DNA of 64,000 nucleotides, from NCBI RefSeq assembly GCF_029633865.1, contig NC_079220.1, positions 16,786,216 through 16,850,215 on the forward strand, written 5' to 3'. Below are positions 1-12,104 of this stretch, piece by piece (the first letter of the stretch is position 1; each line of letters begins with the position of its first letter). This stretch comes from Lampris incognitus (Eukaryota). The translations under genes and the position numbers were made by a program. The notes under the pieces are model-generated. The model saw nothing but the letters and a program-made list of their open reading frames with translations. It did no database searches and was not told where the DNA came from.

Positions 1-454
1 CAGGTCTGTATCCCCCCCCAAAAAAGTTATTAAACTTTGAAAATCCAAAACGGTCCAAATGACCGCCTTATTAACTGGCGTCGTCATTATAATCTCTGAC
101 TTCTGCTGGTCCCACATGTCAACTTTGGCTGGGCTTGTTTTTTGTTGTGTTTTGGGTCCCCCCCCCCCCCCCTGTCAGATCAGTCATCAGACCTGAACCG
201 GTTGAGTGTAAATGTGGCTTTGATATTCTGGTATATAAGCAAATGTTTGATATGTTTGGCGACTTGGACACGTGCAGATGGCCACTTTACAAACCGTGCC
301 ATGGCGTTTTCTTGAGGCTCAATGCGGGCTCCTGTCTTGGCTGTTTGCCTCTTTATTTGTTTTGGATTCGCCACTCAAAATGACGCGTGCAGGGCACTTT
401 AAGTTAAAGGAAAGGTTTTTTTTTTTTTAACTGAGCTGTGAAATTGTGTTCTGT

Positions 455-655
455 AGCCCCCCCCTTTTTTTTCTCTCCCCAATTGTACTTGGCCAATTAC
501 CCCACCCTTCTGAGCCGTCCCGGTCACTGCTCCACCCCCTCTGCTGATCCGGGGAGGGCTGAAGACTACAACGTGTCTCCTCCGATACATGTGGAGTCAC
601 CAGCTGCTTCTTTGTTGCACATGGGCTTCTCCGCGTGGCTGCCATACAAGCTGAG
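455..655 (-). repeat. tRNA-derived SINE (family A), 3' body fragment
   Basis: Reverse complement of the conserved body/tail (ccccaattgtacttggccaattacccc...ctccgatacatgtggagtcaccagctgcttc) that recurs about 10 times in the window; no tRNA-like head here. Confidence 0.6.
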
Positions 656-1189
656 CGGAAGCAGTTTTGATTTCGATGAAGAGTGATGCCGTTGTTTGTT
701 TGTTCTTAATTTGGAGTTTAGGTTTTAGTGTGTTGTAATATTTGTTTCACACAAACAGAAAATCGCCTTTGATGGTCCCAAGGTGGCGGCACAGCTGCTC
801 CTTTACATTACCACAACCGTCTGTACATGTTCGAAACTGAACATTTCATCGAAAATGCAACAAATTATATTTGTAAAAAACAACCCCCCCATGAACTACA
901 GCTTTCATTACTTCCCACTATTCCGGTATCAAGCTATCTAGTTCTAATTTAACAAGATATTTGTGTGGTTTTAACTGAGATTGGTTTATCTTTCCTAGCG
1001 GCATAACAGTTTTGATTGAGAGCTCTGACTATACGGCCCCAAGTTGAGCCGTCTTTTACGAAAGCCCGGTCTAGCCAGCCGCGCGTCTGACTTTGATGCG
1101 CATTTACTGGCGGTGTTACGGTAGGGGTGCTTGGCGCGGACAAAAAAGGACGAGGGAAGACCCATATTTCATATTTCGGCAGATTCATT

Positions 1190-1500
1190 AAAGAATTTTC
1201 AATGGATTTATGTAATGGATTGATGTAGTGGAAGACCCTGGCTATGTTCATGGCAAATTTCACGTGTTTTTACTGTACAGTTTTTGAGAAAATGAAAGCT
1301 AAAATAAGCTTGATTTACATTATAATACATTAATAATGTCCACATAATTGAACTGAAATAATAATAATAATAAAAATGCCCTTAACAGTTGACACAGAAC
1401 TTTCAATGGATTCCTGTAGTGGAAGACCCTGGCTATGTTCATGACAAGTTTCATGTAATTTTACTGTATGGTTTTTGGGAAAATTAAAGCTAAGATAATT
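1190..1500. repeat. ~180-bp satellite, about 1.5 units, inverted relative to the main array
   Basis: Reverse complement of the unit seen at 2474-2749 and 7199-8340 (ccattgaaag/ggatgacccgggctatgtccatgacaagtttc ... ttataatacattaataatgtccacat). Confidence 0.6.
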
Positions 1501-1795
1501 TTACGAAGCATGGCTACAGGAGGAGACGAGAGCAATGTTGTAGCTAGCTTGTTGGTGTTACCCTTCTCAAGACGTGCTTTCGAGGAAAAGCAACAAGTGA
1601 TTGAAAATGGAAGGCCAACTCCTGCTCTTGTCTCGCCTATGCTTTATCATCTGTGTGGTGTTGACCATCCCTGTATCCACCTCTTCAGTTGAGAGGTCTT
1701 TCTCGGCCCTGAAGCACATCAAGACGAACGGGACAGGATTGACTTGGAGCTTTGGCACTGATGTCCACAGAAAAAGGCCTTCTGATAGAATTTAA
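1468..1795 (+). mobile_element. hAT-superfamily transposase C-terminal fragment
   Basis: ORF 1601..1795 contains VSTSSVERSFSALKHIK, the classic hAT C-terminal dimerisation-domain signature; no intact ORF or TIRs. Confidence 0.45.
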
Positions 1796-2321
1796 ATCCA
1801 AGGACAAACTGCATGATGCTGCCATTGCCCACTTCCCAAAGAAGGACCAACGGATGGACTTTATATTCAAGTAGCCTAATAAAGTCAGCTGCCTAATTTT
1901 ATTTTACTCCAAATCAAAGCTGGCGTATTAATTTTACATATCATGATGGCACATCATAGCTAGTTAATACCACACTTTGCTCATGTAACGTTAGGCCTAC
2001 TATACTCAATATTATGGTGTAAGGTTTGGCATATTTTGCATATGATTGTATTGCGACTTTGCTCATGGCATATTCTGCATGTGAAGGTTGATGTTATTGT
2101 TATTTCTATTCTTTGCTCATGAATTGCTTTGACTTGGTCTGGTCAGTTTGTAAAGAAGAGGTTTTATGATGCTGCATGCTAGCACTGTCCATGGTGATGT
2201 TGTAGGCCAGAAACGGAGGCCATGTCATGTGCATTTTCATTGTTTTCCAACTATGGAGAGAGACAAAGGCTATTTGTTATCCAGTGGATTTGATTTTGGA
2301 TCTTGAGGCACTGAGTTACTG

Positions 2322-2325
<4 letters not shown>

Positions 2326-2379
<54 letters not shown>

Positions 2380-2390
2380 TGTGTGTGTGT
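2326..2390. repeat. (GT)n microsatellite
   Basis: About 30 GT dinucleotides with one interruption. Confidence 0.9.
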
Positions 2391-2473
2391 CGGAGCTGTA
2401 CACATATTAAAAAATACCCCCAAAATTTGGCTGATTACAATATCATTGCACTGTTGAAGGCCCACTGCCAGAC

Positions 2474-2749
2474 CCCACGAAACTTGTCATGGACATAGCC
2501 CGGGTCATCCACTACACGAATCCATTGAAAGTTCCTTGTCAACTATTAAGATTTTTTTGTTATCACAATTCAAATATGTGGACATTATTAATGTATTATA
2601 ATGTAAATCAAGCTCAATTTAGCTTTAATTTTCTCAAAAAATGTACAGTAAAATTACATGAAACTTGTCATGGACATAGCCAGGGTCTTCCACTACAGGA
2701 ATCCATTGAAAGTTCTGTCAACTATTAAGGTCTGTTTTTATGACGGTTC
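2474..2749 (+). repeat. ~180-bp satellite, about 1.5 units
   Basis: Same unit as 7199-8340; truncated exactly where the LTR begins at 2750. Confidence 0.7.
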
Positions 2750-2960
2750 TGTGGAGTTAGAAAACAACGAGACACGAGACGTGAGAGTAGACGTAGTCGA
2801 GGTAGTTTACTAGCTCCAACTTTGCATGTCATACGTTCGACAACGACACTGAACTGTGAACCGGAAGCGGAAGTGCATTATCTGACCCCTCGCCTCTTCC
2901 CTTAAAGGTACACCGTCCTCTTAGGTGAATGTCTCTCGATATATAGATGTGGGTCACCAC
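2750..2960 (-). repeat. 3' LTR of the gypsy-like element (211 bp)
   Basis: Differs from the 6987-7198 copy at only about 1 position (tagCtcc versus tagTtcc); TG...CA termini. Confidence 0.85.
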
Positions 2961-3070
2961 ACAGGCCCCCCCAGAATTCACCTACACAAAACAATGCAAA
3001 ACAGCAAAAGTGCAAGTCATGAACATAAAAATAGACTCTACAACAGAACAGTCAATGACATAGTGCAAAG

Positions 3071-4765
3071 TCACGGGGAAAACAGGTGACAAGTCGGGGG
3101 GCGGACCCTGCGGCCATAACGGCTGCGCTTCACAGGAGGGGAAACAGATGGGGCCGAAACCCGGGCCATAGGCGGGGCCGAAGCAGGAACAGAGGCAGGT
3201 GCCGGGGCCGAACTAGGAGGGCGCCCCCGCCGCGGGGGTAGGGCAAATTGCATTGGCTCCCCAATGTCCAAGTGAGCGGGCTTGAGACGGTCTATAGCGA
3301 CCCGCTCCGGCCTGCCCCCGATGTCCACCACAAAGTTCTTATCCCCCGCCTCCAGGACGCGGAAGGGCCCGTCGTATGGGGGCTGCAGCGGGGACCGATG
3401 GCTGTCGTGCCTAATGAAGACGTACCTCGCCGATGGCAGATCCCTGGGGACGTAGGACCGGGGGAGGCAGTGTTGAGACATCGGAACGGGAGCGAAGGCA
3501 CCGGCAGCGCTCCGGGACACACTGAGGTGAGAGGCGGCCGACCAGGGAGCCGTAGCATCCGGAAGAAACTCCCCCAGAACCCGCAGGGGCTGGCCATACA
3601 CCAGCTCAGCGGAGGAGGTCTGGAGGTCTTCCTTCGGGGCCGAACGCAGGCCGAGCATGACCCATGGGAGCCGGTCCATCCAGTCGCAGCCAGTGAGGCT
3701 TGCCCGCAGAGCGGCTTTCATGTCCCGATGGAACCGCTCACAAAGTCCGTTGCTCTGCGGGTTGTATGCCGCAGTGCGGTGGATCTTCACCCCCAGGTGC
3801 TCAGCGACCGCCGTCCAGAGCTCCGAGGTAAACTGGGAGCCCCGGTCGCTCGTGATGTCACCAGGCGTGCTGAAACGGGCCACCCAGCAGCCGATGAACG
3901 CCCGTGCTACCTCTGCTGCCGTCGTGGAGGACAAGGGAATACCCTCTGGCCACCTGGTGGCCCTGTCCACAATAGTGAGGAGGAACGTATAACCACGGGA
4001 GGGGGGCAGGGGACCCACCAGGTCAACATTGACGTGGTCAAACCGCCTCTCTGGAACCACAAACGGCGCCAAAGGGGCCTTGGTATGGCGGTACACCTTG
4101 GCGCGTTGGCACGCCACACACGAGCCGGCCCAGGCTCTAACATCCTTACGGAGCCCAGGCCAAACGAACTTGACGCTCACCAGCTTGGTCGAGGCCTTCA
4201 CTCCCGGGTGGGAAAGGCCGTGGACGGTGTCGAAAACTCGGCGCCGCCAGGAAGTAGGCACCAGGGGGCGCGGTTGACCGGTGGAGATGTCACAGAGGAG
4301 GGTGGTGTTGGCCGCGTCGAACGTCACGTCCTCCAGCCGTAGCGCCGTAGGGGTCGACCGGTAGTCTTGAACGGTCGCGTCCTTGGCTTGGTCCGCTGCC
4401 ATAGCGGCGTAGTCGAGTCCCAAGTGAACGGCGTTAACAACCGCCCGTGAAAGGCAGTCGGCGACGAAGTTATCCTTGCCCGACACGTGTTGTATGTCCG
4501 TGGTAAACTCGGAAACCGCCGCGAGATGGCGCTGCTGACGCCCAGACCACGGTTCTGAGGTTTTGGGCATACAGAACGTCAGCGGTTTGTGGTCCACGAA
4601 AGCGGTGAACTGTCGGCCCTCCAATAGGAACCTAAAGTGTCTGGTTGCGAGGAAGAGACCCAGTAGTTCCCTATCAAAGGTGCTGTATTTGCGCTCGCTC
4701 TCACGGAGTTGTTTACTGAAGAACGCCAACGGCTGCCAGCCCCCCCCCCCCCACCCACTGCTCAC
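3071..4765 (-). CDS. pol, C-terminal part: RNase H remainder plus integrase (zinc finger and DDE core)
   Basis: 564-aa [23 protein letters not shown] is the RNase H tail. HGLSHPGV...CVACQRAK is the integrase zinc finger. [12 protein letters not shown]...[10 protein letters not shown] is the DDE region. It joins the upstream pol ORF inside a 12-nt C/G homopolymer at 4741-4752. Confidence 0.8.
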   Translation of the reverse strand: MSSGWGGGGWQPLAFFSKQLRESERKYSTFDRELLGLFLATRHFRFLLEGRQFTAFVDHKPLTFCMPKTSEPWSGRQQRHLAAVSEFTTDIQHVSGKDNFVADCLSRAVVNAVHLGLDYAAMAADQAKDATVQDYRSTPTALRLEDVTFDAANTTLLCDISTGQPRPLVPTSWRRRVFDTVHGLSHPGVKASTKLVSVKFVWPGLRKDVRAWAGSCVACQRAKVYRHTKAPLAPFVVPERRFDHVNVDLVGPLPPSRGYTFLLTIVDRATRWPEGIPLSSTTAAEVARAFIGCWVARFSTPGDITSDRGSQFTSELWTAVAEHLGVKIHRTAAYNPQSNGLCERFHRDMKAALRASLTGCDWMDRLPWVMLGLRSAPKEDLQTSSAELVYGQPLRVLGEFLPDATAPWSAASHLSVSRSAAGAFAPVPMSQHCLPRSYVPRDLPSARYVFIRHDSHRSPLQPPYDGPFRVLEAGDKNFVVDIGGRPERVAIDRLKPAHLDIGEPMQFALPPRRGRPPSSAPAPASVPASAPPMARVSAPSVSPPVKRSRYGRRVRPPTCHLFSP

Positions 4766-6264
4766 ACGACGTAGTCGGAGGCATCCGTTGTAAGGGCTAT
4801 GGGGGCGGCAGGCGACGGGTGAGCTAGCAGCGCAGCGTTGGCCAGCGCGGTCTTGGCGGCCACAAAAGCCTCGTCCATCCCCGAAGACCAGTCCAGCTCG
4901 TCCTTAGACTTCTTACCCCGCAGGGCCTCATACAGGGGACGCATGATGTGGGCGGCACGGGGCAGGAAACGGTTATAAAAGTTCACCATGCCCAGGAATT
5001 CCTGCAGCGACTGTACAGTGCGGGGGCGGGGGAACATGGTGACAGCCTCAACCCTGGCAGGGAGGGGAACGGCCCCCTGTGGAGTGATGTGGTGCCCGAG
5101 GAAGGTGATGGACGACTCCCCGAACTGACACTTAGCTGGGTTGATGATGAGGCCGTGTTCGCTGAGCCTGTCGAACAGCTGTCTGAGGTGCGCCATGTGT
5201 TCCTCCGCCGACGCGCTGGCCACGAGGATGTCGTCTAAGTACACAAACAAAAATGGCATGTCGCGGAGCACAGAATCCATAAGGCACTGAAATGTCTGCG
5301 CCGCCCCTTTAAGGCCGAAAGGCATACGTAAAAACTCAAAGAGCCCAAAGGGTGTGATGACAGCCGTTTTTGGGACATCCAGTGGGTGGACCGGCACTTG
5401 GTGATACCCCCGCACTAAGTCGATTTTGGAATAGATGGCAGCGCCCGCCAGGTGGGTAGAGAAATCTTGTATGTGCGGTATGGGGTACCGGTCGGGGGTC
5501 GTGGCATTGTTTAGGCGACGGTAGTCCCCGCACGGGCGCCAACCCCTGTCGGCCTTAGTAACCATGTGAAGAGGGGAAGCCCATGGGCTGTCAGAACGGC
5601 GGACAATGCCGAGGCGCTCCATAGTCGAAAACTCCTCCCTGGCTATTGCGAGCTTGGCCGAGTCGAGGCGTCGGGCCCGGGCGTAAACTGGGGGGCCCAC
5701 TGTGGTGATATGATGTTCCACGCCGTGCTTGGCCACCGCCGAGGAGAAGGTGGGTGTGGTGAGCTCGGGGAAATTTGCGAGCAGGCGTTGGTATGGATCC
5801 CCGGTGGAGAGTGTGTTAGCGAGGCACAGCGCTCCAGCCCCCCCAAGCGTGCAGGGGTATGACGCAAAAGAGACGGCATCAATCACACGACAGTTTTTAA
5901 CATCCACCAGCAGGTTGAAAGCACAGAGGAAATCCGCACCTAGGAGCGGGGTGGATACAGCAGCCATCACAAAGTACCAGCCGAAACGTCGGCCGCCAAA
6001 ACACACGTCCACATGTCTGATACCGTATGTCCGAATGGACGTGCCGTTGGCGGCGTCCATCTGGGGGCCGTGACTGTCGGTCATCGTGTCCACAGCTTGT
6101 GCTGGTAGTGTGCTGCGTTGAGCGCCAGAGTCAACCAGCAGCCGTCGGCCCGACAAGGAGTCTCTGATGAACAACAGCTTGCAGTCACGGCCGGCGCCCA
6201 TAGCCGTTAACGAGCGCCGGCCTTGGCGTTTCCCTGAACCCTGTAACTGCAGGGTTTGCGACAC
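4762..6264 (-). CDS. pol, N-terminal part: aspartic protease plus reverse transcriptase plus RNase H start
   Basis: 500-aa ORF with [13 protein letters not shown] (protease), [25 protein letters not shown] and [11 protein letters not shown] (RT), TTDASDY (RNase H). Confidence 0.85.
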   Translation of the reverse strand: MSQTLQLQGSGKRQGRRSLTAMGAGRDCKLLFIRDSLSGRRLLVDSGAQRSTLPAQAVDTMTDSHGPQMDAANGTSIRTYGIRHVDVCFGGRRFGWYFVMAAVSTPLLGADFLCAFNLLVDVKNCRVIDAVSFASYPCTLGGAGALCLANTLSTGDPYQRLLANFPELTTPTFSSAVAKHGVEHHITTVGPPVYARARRLDSAKLAIAREEFSTMERLGIVRRSDSPWASPLHMVTKADRGWRPCGDYRRLNNATTPDRYPIPHIQDFSTHLAGAAIYSKIDLVRGYHQVPVHPLDVPKTAVITPFGLFEFLRMPFGLKGAAQTFQCLMDSVLRDMPFLFVYLDDILVASASAEEHMAHLRQLFDRLSEHGLIINPAKCQFGESSITFLGHHITPQGAVPLPARVEAVTMFPRPRTVQSLQEFLGMVNFYNRFLPRAAHIMRPLYEALRGKKSKDELDWSSGMDEAFVAAKTALANAALLAHPSPAAPIALTTDASDYVV

Positions 6265-6950
6265 TGTTTTGCTTTTGCCCCAAACCTGGCATGGTAATAA
6301 CAGAGCCCGTCGTCAGGTTGGCGGCGGGCTGTCACCGCAGCCGCGGTGTCCATATAGTCGTACACAGGTGGTGGTGTGGCGGTCATGTGGGGATAGCAGG
6401 GCATGCACAAACTGTTGCCGGTTGGCCAGGAAAACCCTGTCTGCTTCAGCAGCCAGAGAACGGTAGTCCTTGGAGGCGGCGAGAGGAGAACTGGCCAGTG
6501 CTGTGCGTACAGGTGCGGGGAGCTGCCTCAGAAAAATGTGTGTGAAAAGAAAGGCCGGATCAGCCGATCCCAGCACAGACAGCATTTTTTCCATTAACTC
6601 AGACGGTTTGCCGTGGCCATTCAGGGACAGTAAACGGTCTGCCTTCTCCAGCTCCACAGTTCAAATAGCTTCAGGAGGAATGTCTTTATAGCATCGTACT
6701 TGCCAGCAGCTGGCGGAGCTTCCAACAGTGTCATTGCTCGCGCCGTTGTCGATGCGTCTAACGCCGCCACTACGTGGAAGTACTGCGTTGCATCCCTCGT
6801 TATCCCTCTCAGCTGGAACTGGGCTTCCACATGTTGAAACCACGGCCTAGGATTATGCAGCCAAAAGTCGGGTAGCTTCACAGTAGCGGCGTAAATGCTA
6901 GCGTTAGCAATAGCCATGTTGTTAGCACCGGCGTCGTCGTTGTCAGACAT
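6207..6950 (-). CDS. gag (capsid-like plus CCHC-like knuckle), read in two overlapping frames
   Basis: ORFs 6621..6950 ([19 protein letters not shown]) and 6313..6657, then 6207..6410 with [18 protein letters not shown]. One apparent frameshift. Confidence 0.6.
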
Positions 6951-6963
6951 ACTCGTATTAGTA

Positions 6964-6986
6964 GTTCGATCACGTCGGGGTCACCA
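6964..6986 (-). other. Primer-binding site (PBS) of the LTR element
   Basis: Minus strand reads TGGTGACCCCGACGTGATCGAA immediately after the 5' LTR end; complementary to a tRNA 3' end (...CGATCACGTCGGGGTCACCA). Confidence 0.6.
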
Positions 6987-7198
6987 ATGTGGAGTTAGAA
7001 AACAACGAGACACGAGACGTGAGAGTAGACGTAGTCGAGGTAGTTTACTAGTTCCAACTTTGCATGTCATACGTTCGACAACGACACTGAACTGTGAACC
7101 GGAAGCGGAAGTGCATTATCTGACCCCTCGCCTCTTCCCTTAAAGGTACACCGTCCTCTTAGGTGAATGTCTCTCGATATATAGATGTGGGTCACCAC
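6987..7198 (-). repeat. 5' LTR of the gypsy-like element (212 bp)
   Basis: See the 3' LTR entry; contains tatatag. Confidence 0.85.
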
Positions 7199-8340
7199 TT
7201 CAAATATTAAGACATTATGAATGTGTTATAATGTACAGTAATTAGAGCTGATTTTGCCTTTAGTTTCCTCAAAAACTACAGTAAAAGTACATGAAACTTG
7301 TCATGGACACAGCCAGGGTCGTCCTGTATATGAATCCACTGAAAATTATTTGTCAACTATTAAGGAATTTGTTTTATTACAGTTCAGATATGTGGAAATT
7401 ATCAATGTATTATAATATAAGTCAAGCTTATTTTAGCTTTAATTTTCCCAAAACCATACAGTGAAATTACATGAAACGTATCATTAACACAGCCAGGGTC
7501 ATCCTGTACATGAATCCGTTGAAAATTCTGTGTCAATTATTAAGGAATATGTTTTATTACAGTTCAAATGTGACAAGATTATTAATGTATTATAATGTAA
7601 TTTGAGCTTAATTTAGCTAGAATATTCTCAAAAACTGTACAGTAAAATTATATGAAACCTGTCATGGACATAGCCCGGGTCATCCACTACATGAATCCAT
7701 TGAAAGTTCTGTGTCAACTATTAAGATTTTTTTAATCACAATTCAAATATGTGGATATTATGTAAATCCAGCTTTGTCTTTTCTTTTTTTAGGTTTTTCT
7801 CAAAAACTGTACAGTAAAATTACTATTAATTAATATTACTATTAATTACTATTAAGGAATTTGTTTTATTACAGTTCAAATATGTGGACATTATTAATGT
7901 ATTATAGTGTAAATCAAGCTTAATTTAGCTTTAATATTCTGAAAAACTGTCCTAAAAAATTACAAGAAACTTGTCATGGACATAGCCAGGGTCTTCTACT
8001 ACATGAATCCATTGAAAATTCTGTGTCAACTTTTAAGGTTTTTTTTTCAATGACAGTTCATATATTAGGACATTATGATGTTATAACATACAGTAATTAG
8101 AGCTGATTTTGCCTTTAATTAGCTCAAAAACTGTACAGTAAAAGTACACGAAACCTGTCATGGATACAGCCAGGGTCGTCCACTAGATAAATCCATTGAA
8201 AGTTCTGGGTCAACTATTAAGGTATTTGTTTAATTACAGTTCAAATATGTAGACATTATTAATGCATTATAATGTAAATCAAGCTTATTTTGCCTTTAAT
8301 TTTCTCAAAAACTGTATAGTACAATTACATTATGTAATAA
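7199..8340 (+). repeat. Tandem satellite array, about 6 units of ~180 bp
   Basis: Recurring unit ...aaacYtgtcatggacatagccMgggtcDtccactacatgaatccattgaaaRttctgtgtcaactattaagg... at about 7300, 7480, 7660, 7970 and 8150; units diverge 10-20%. Confidence 0.8.
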
Positions 8341-9306
8341 ATCACAGAATGTTCAGTCAAACGGAGCAGGTTAAGTGCCTACTTTATTCAGCTAACAGGT
8401 CAGCTCACATGTATGCAACACAACTTTCGCGCATATAGTCTACTGTCGTAAAAACCCCTTTCACGTACAGCCACGTCTCACAGTTTCCGTCACTGTCGTG
8501 CACATTGCCGTATTAACTGTAATACTATGACATCTCCCCCTTTTTGTTTTTCTTTCACCTCTTAAAGTAAACAAATATAACATTATGTTAAACATTATGT
8601 AAACAGTGCTTTTCTTCTGTAGCATCAATAAAACTCTTACCCCACGGAGAGCAACAATAAGGCTTCAACATTCAGTTCAACATTTCACAACCTATTAAAC
8701 TCTGGAACTCTTTTGACATTTCCAAATAACTCCTTAGTTATACAGTTTACCATCTGGAACTCTTTTTTTGTCTTTGTTCACCCTTTTCTTCCCCCCTATT
8801 TTCATAAATGTATGTCCCCCCAAAGGCCATGAGATGTGAGAACACAGTCACTCACAAGTCCAGTCAAACAACTGGTTTAATGACCCATCCAGACCTGGTC
8901 TGTGACAGTTTCTCTATACCAGCATGTATGCTGACACTGGGGGTGTGTGGACCAGTCCCGTGTCCAACTGTGTCGTAGGGCTCTTGACTGGCATTCTTGC
9001 GAACAGGTGAGACAGGCACTATGCTCCCAGCTGGCTCTGGAGCAGGCATGGCCTGGAGATGGTGACTGTTACGCCGGAATGTTCCACCCTGATGTGTCTC
9101 GATGAGGTAAGAGCATAGTGTGACACTCTCGCTGGTCACCACTGCAGGAGTTGTCCAGGATTTCTGGTGGTCCAGCTTGGTGAGAACATGACCACCTGGC
9201 TGCAGTGGATGTAGGGGATCTCAGCCCGTGACGTTGGTTATAGTAGAAGGCTTGCTTCTTCTTTTTGGCCTTGTCCTTCTGCTTGAGCCATTGCAAATTC
9301 GGCCAT

Positions 9307-10047
9307 CTAGGTTGCAGGTTTCTCTCGAGGGTAGGAAGCATCGTCTTGAAACTTGGCGCTCGAGAACTGTGGCCCATTGTTGTCACTCACGACCACATCC
9401 GGTATGCCGTACTGGGCACATGTTGCTTTTAGCTTCAGAGTGACTTGAGCACCGGTTGTTGTTGTCATGTGTAGAATCTCTATGTATCTAGAGTAGTAGT
9501 CTGAGATAACTAAATCGTTCTGTTTGTTGTACTCACACAGGTCTAGAGCTATACGCTTCCATGGCCGGCCAGGGAGCAGAGTAGAGATCAATGGCTCCTT
9601 TTGCTGTGCTTTTCTTGACTCACAGCAAAACTGACACGACAATACCTTGTGTTTTATCTGTGAGGAAATTCCCAGCCACCAGACAGAGGCATTTGCCCTC
9701 TCCTGACATTTTGTGAGGCCCTGATGTCCATCATGAATCCTATCAAGAATGTCTGTCCTCAATGTCTCAGGTATCACTATTCGGCATCCCCTAGTAACTA
9801 TTCCTTTATACTCTGGAAGTTCACTTTTCATTGGAAAATACACTCTTACGTTACCTGGGACTTTACTCACATGTTCGGGCCACCCTGACCTGATGTGTCT
9901 GATCACCGTCTGTAGCGTCTCATCTGCTGCTGTGGCTGCTCTGATGCTGGCCAGCTTCTGTGGAGTAGCAGGCATGTTCTCAATGACAGCTGTGATGTAG
10001 CACTCCACATCTGAGTGTGTGTCCCTCTCGTCCTCCGTGTGGCGCAC
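9307..10047 (-). pseudogene. integrase fragment (zinc finger plus DDE)
   Basis: HDGHQG...CQFCCESR zinc finger; RIALDLCEY...VISDYYSRYIEI...VVSDNNGPQF catalytic core. Confidence 0.75.
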
Positions 10048-10056
10048 AGGGCTCCT

Positions 10057-10629
10057 TTACAGTGTGTCTGCCACAACGAGTGTCTTTCCAGGTGCATACT
10101 CCACTACGGGTTTAAACCTCATGAGCCGCATAAGAAGTCTCTGGCACCATAGTGGAACATTGTCTAAGTCCTTGCTGTTCATTAGTGGGACCAAGGGCTT
10201 GTGGTCTGTCACTAATTTGAAACTCTCGAGGCCATAGAGGTATTTTTCAAACCGCTCGCAGGCCCAGACACATGTCAAACACTCTTTCTCGATCTGCTCG
10301 TATGTGGTTTCCGCATCAGTCAATCTCCTGGAGAAGTATGCTACTGGCTTCCAGTCTTCCCCATGGAGCTGCAGTAGCACGCCACCGATCCCATAGCTAC
10401 TTGCATCAGCTGAGACTGTGGTGGGTTTGTTGATGTCGTAGAATGTCAACACAGGTAATGTCATCAGGAGCTCTTTAAGCCTCTCAAATGCTGTCTGTTG
10501 TGCTGGCCCCCAGGTCCATGCTGTCTTGGACCTTAGCAGCTCATACAGTGGCTGGCTGACTGTGGATAGGTTTGGCATGTATTTACCAAGATAGTTCACC
10601 ATGCCAAGGACTCGTTTCAGGTCATGCAC
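10057..10629 (-). pseudogene. RT connection plus RNase H fragment
   Basis: [16 protein letters not shown]...[23 protein letters not shown]. Confidence 0.75.
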
Positions 10630-10680
10630 ATTCTCTGGTGTGGTAAGCTCTCAGATAGCCTCCACTTTGGCTGGATCTGG

Positions 10681-11121
10681 TCACATGCCAGCGGCATCAA
10701 TCACATGCCCCAGGAAGTGATGCTGTTTCTGCCTCAGCACACACTTTTCCTTGTTGAGCTTAAGTCCAGCGGACTCGACTCTCTCCAGGACTTTCTGAAG
10801 CCGAAGGTCGTGTTCTTCCATGTGCCTTCCATACACGACTATGTTGTCCATGTACACAGCTGCCCCATGTAGGCCATGTAGTGTCTCTGTCATTTTTTTT
10901 TGAAATATCTCTGGTGCGCTCGTTATTCCAAATGGTAAGCATCGGAAACAGTACCCAGCGAATGGAGTGATGAACGTCGTTAGCCTGGCACTGTCGCTGT
11001 GCAAAGGGATCTGGAAAAATCCTGAGGCTGCATTGAGGCTTGAGAACACCATTGCTCCGCTCAGCTTGGCTATGATCTCCTCCGGTGTTTGTAAGATGAA
11101 TCTCTCTCTTGACCTGTTCAT
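10681..11121 (-). pseudogene. reverse transcriptase fragment
   Basis: FQIPLHSDSARLTTFITPFAGYCFRCLPFGITSAPEIFQ ... YMDNIVVYG. Confidence 0.75.
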
Positions 11122-11326
11122 TCAGTTTCTTTAGATCAACGCATATTCACACTTTTCCAGACCTTTTCAGGACGGGCACCATAGGGGCACACCAAGCTGT
11201 CAGCTCTGTTACCTCCTCTATAATGCCGTTCTCCTCCATCCGGCGCAGCTCCTCTCTAACCTTGTGCATTAGCGGTATTGGGACCCTGTGCGCTGTGTGC
11301 ACTGCATATGGTGTGGCATTGTCCTT

Positions 11327-11899
11327 TTACTGTATTTTTACAGGCTCTGTCTTGAGAGTGCCATGCTCTCCAAATGCATTATGGACCTCCTTGACTCGTT
11401 TCACAAGGCCCATCTCTACTGCAGTGGAACAGCTGAGTAAGTTATTGACACTCTGCCCTCTGATAACATACACTGGGAATGAGTATGACTTGCCCTTGTA
11501 CATGGTGCATGCTTGAAATTGTCCTTGACAATTCAATTGACCCCCTGGACTGCATAGTGAAATGCTGGTCTGCTTTAGTTCTCTCTCTGGAATTAGCATA
11601 TTGAAAGTCTCTTCACACATAACACTAGCGTCTGCTCCAGTATCAATCTTAAACTCCACTGGTGTTGCACCAATGAGAAGCTGCACTGTCCATTTTTCAT
11701 CACTCAAGTTTGCATTCACTGATCCCAAAAAGTATATATTCTGCTCATCAGTCTTTCTAACTTCACTCACCGATTTGCTCTTACACGTTCTCTCCCAATG
11801 TCCATTTTTGTTGCACTTGTTGCATGCTGATTTGAACGCTGGGCATCTTTCCTGGTTTTTCTGTTGTATTTTCCACATCTGCTGCACTTTCCTCCGCAC
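11327..11899 (-). pseudogene. gag zinc knuckle plus aspartic protease fragment
   Basis: CNKCNKNGHWERTCKSK (CCHC) and KIDTGADASVM (protease D-T/S-G). Confidence 0.7.
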
Positions 11900-12104
11900 T
11901 CCGTGTTTCTGGAGTCTTTGCCTCCTTTCTGTTTAGCGTTACGTTGCCATTTTGGGGTTTTCTTCCATTACATTTAATGACTACATCCTATAGGATAAAG
12001 TCTACCATTGTCTTCGTTTGTGTGGGTACAACCCATTTCACATAACACAGAGTTAAAACGCCGTGAAATACAGTTGTATTTTTTTGTCAGGGTCACGTGG
12101 TGTG

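Larger units (their letters stand above)
2750..7198 (-). mobile_element. Ty3/gypsy-like (possibly BEL/Pao-like) LTR retrotransposon, near-intact, inserted into the satellite array
   Basis: Direct repeats 2750-2960 and 6987-7198 start TGTGG and end CACCAC(A). Minus-strand gag (zinc knuckle), protease ([10 protein letters not shown]), RT ([11 protein letters not shown]), RNase H (TTDASDY) and integrase (HHCC plus DDE). PBS adjacent to the 5' LTR. Confidence 0.85.
8864..11936 (-). mobile_element. Degraded Ty3/gypsy LTR-retrotransposon internal region (no LTRs recognised)
   Basis: Minus-strand order gag-PR-RT-RH-IN across four to five frame-shifted ORFs. Confidence 0.75.

Noticed and set aside
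3248-4342. 364-aa ORF on the + strand
   Set aside because: Lies antisense to the gypsy integrase/RNase H ORF in GC-rich sequence. Proline/arginine/glycine-rich with no motifs. A typical antisense shadow ORF
7199-8340. Regularly spaced repeats that might suggest a CRISPR-like array
   Set aside because: Period of about 180 bp with diverged units and no spacer/repeat alternation. Eukaryotic satellite DNA
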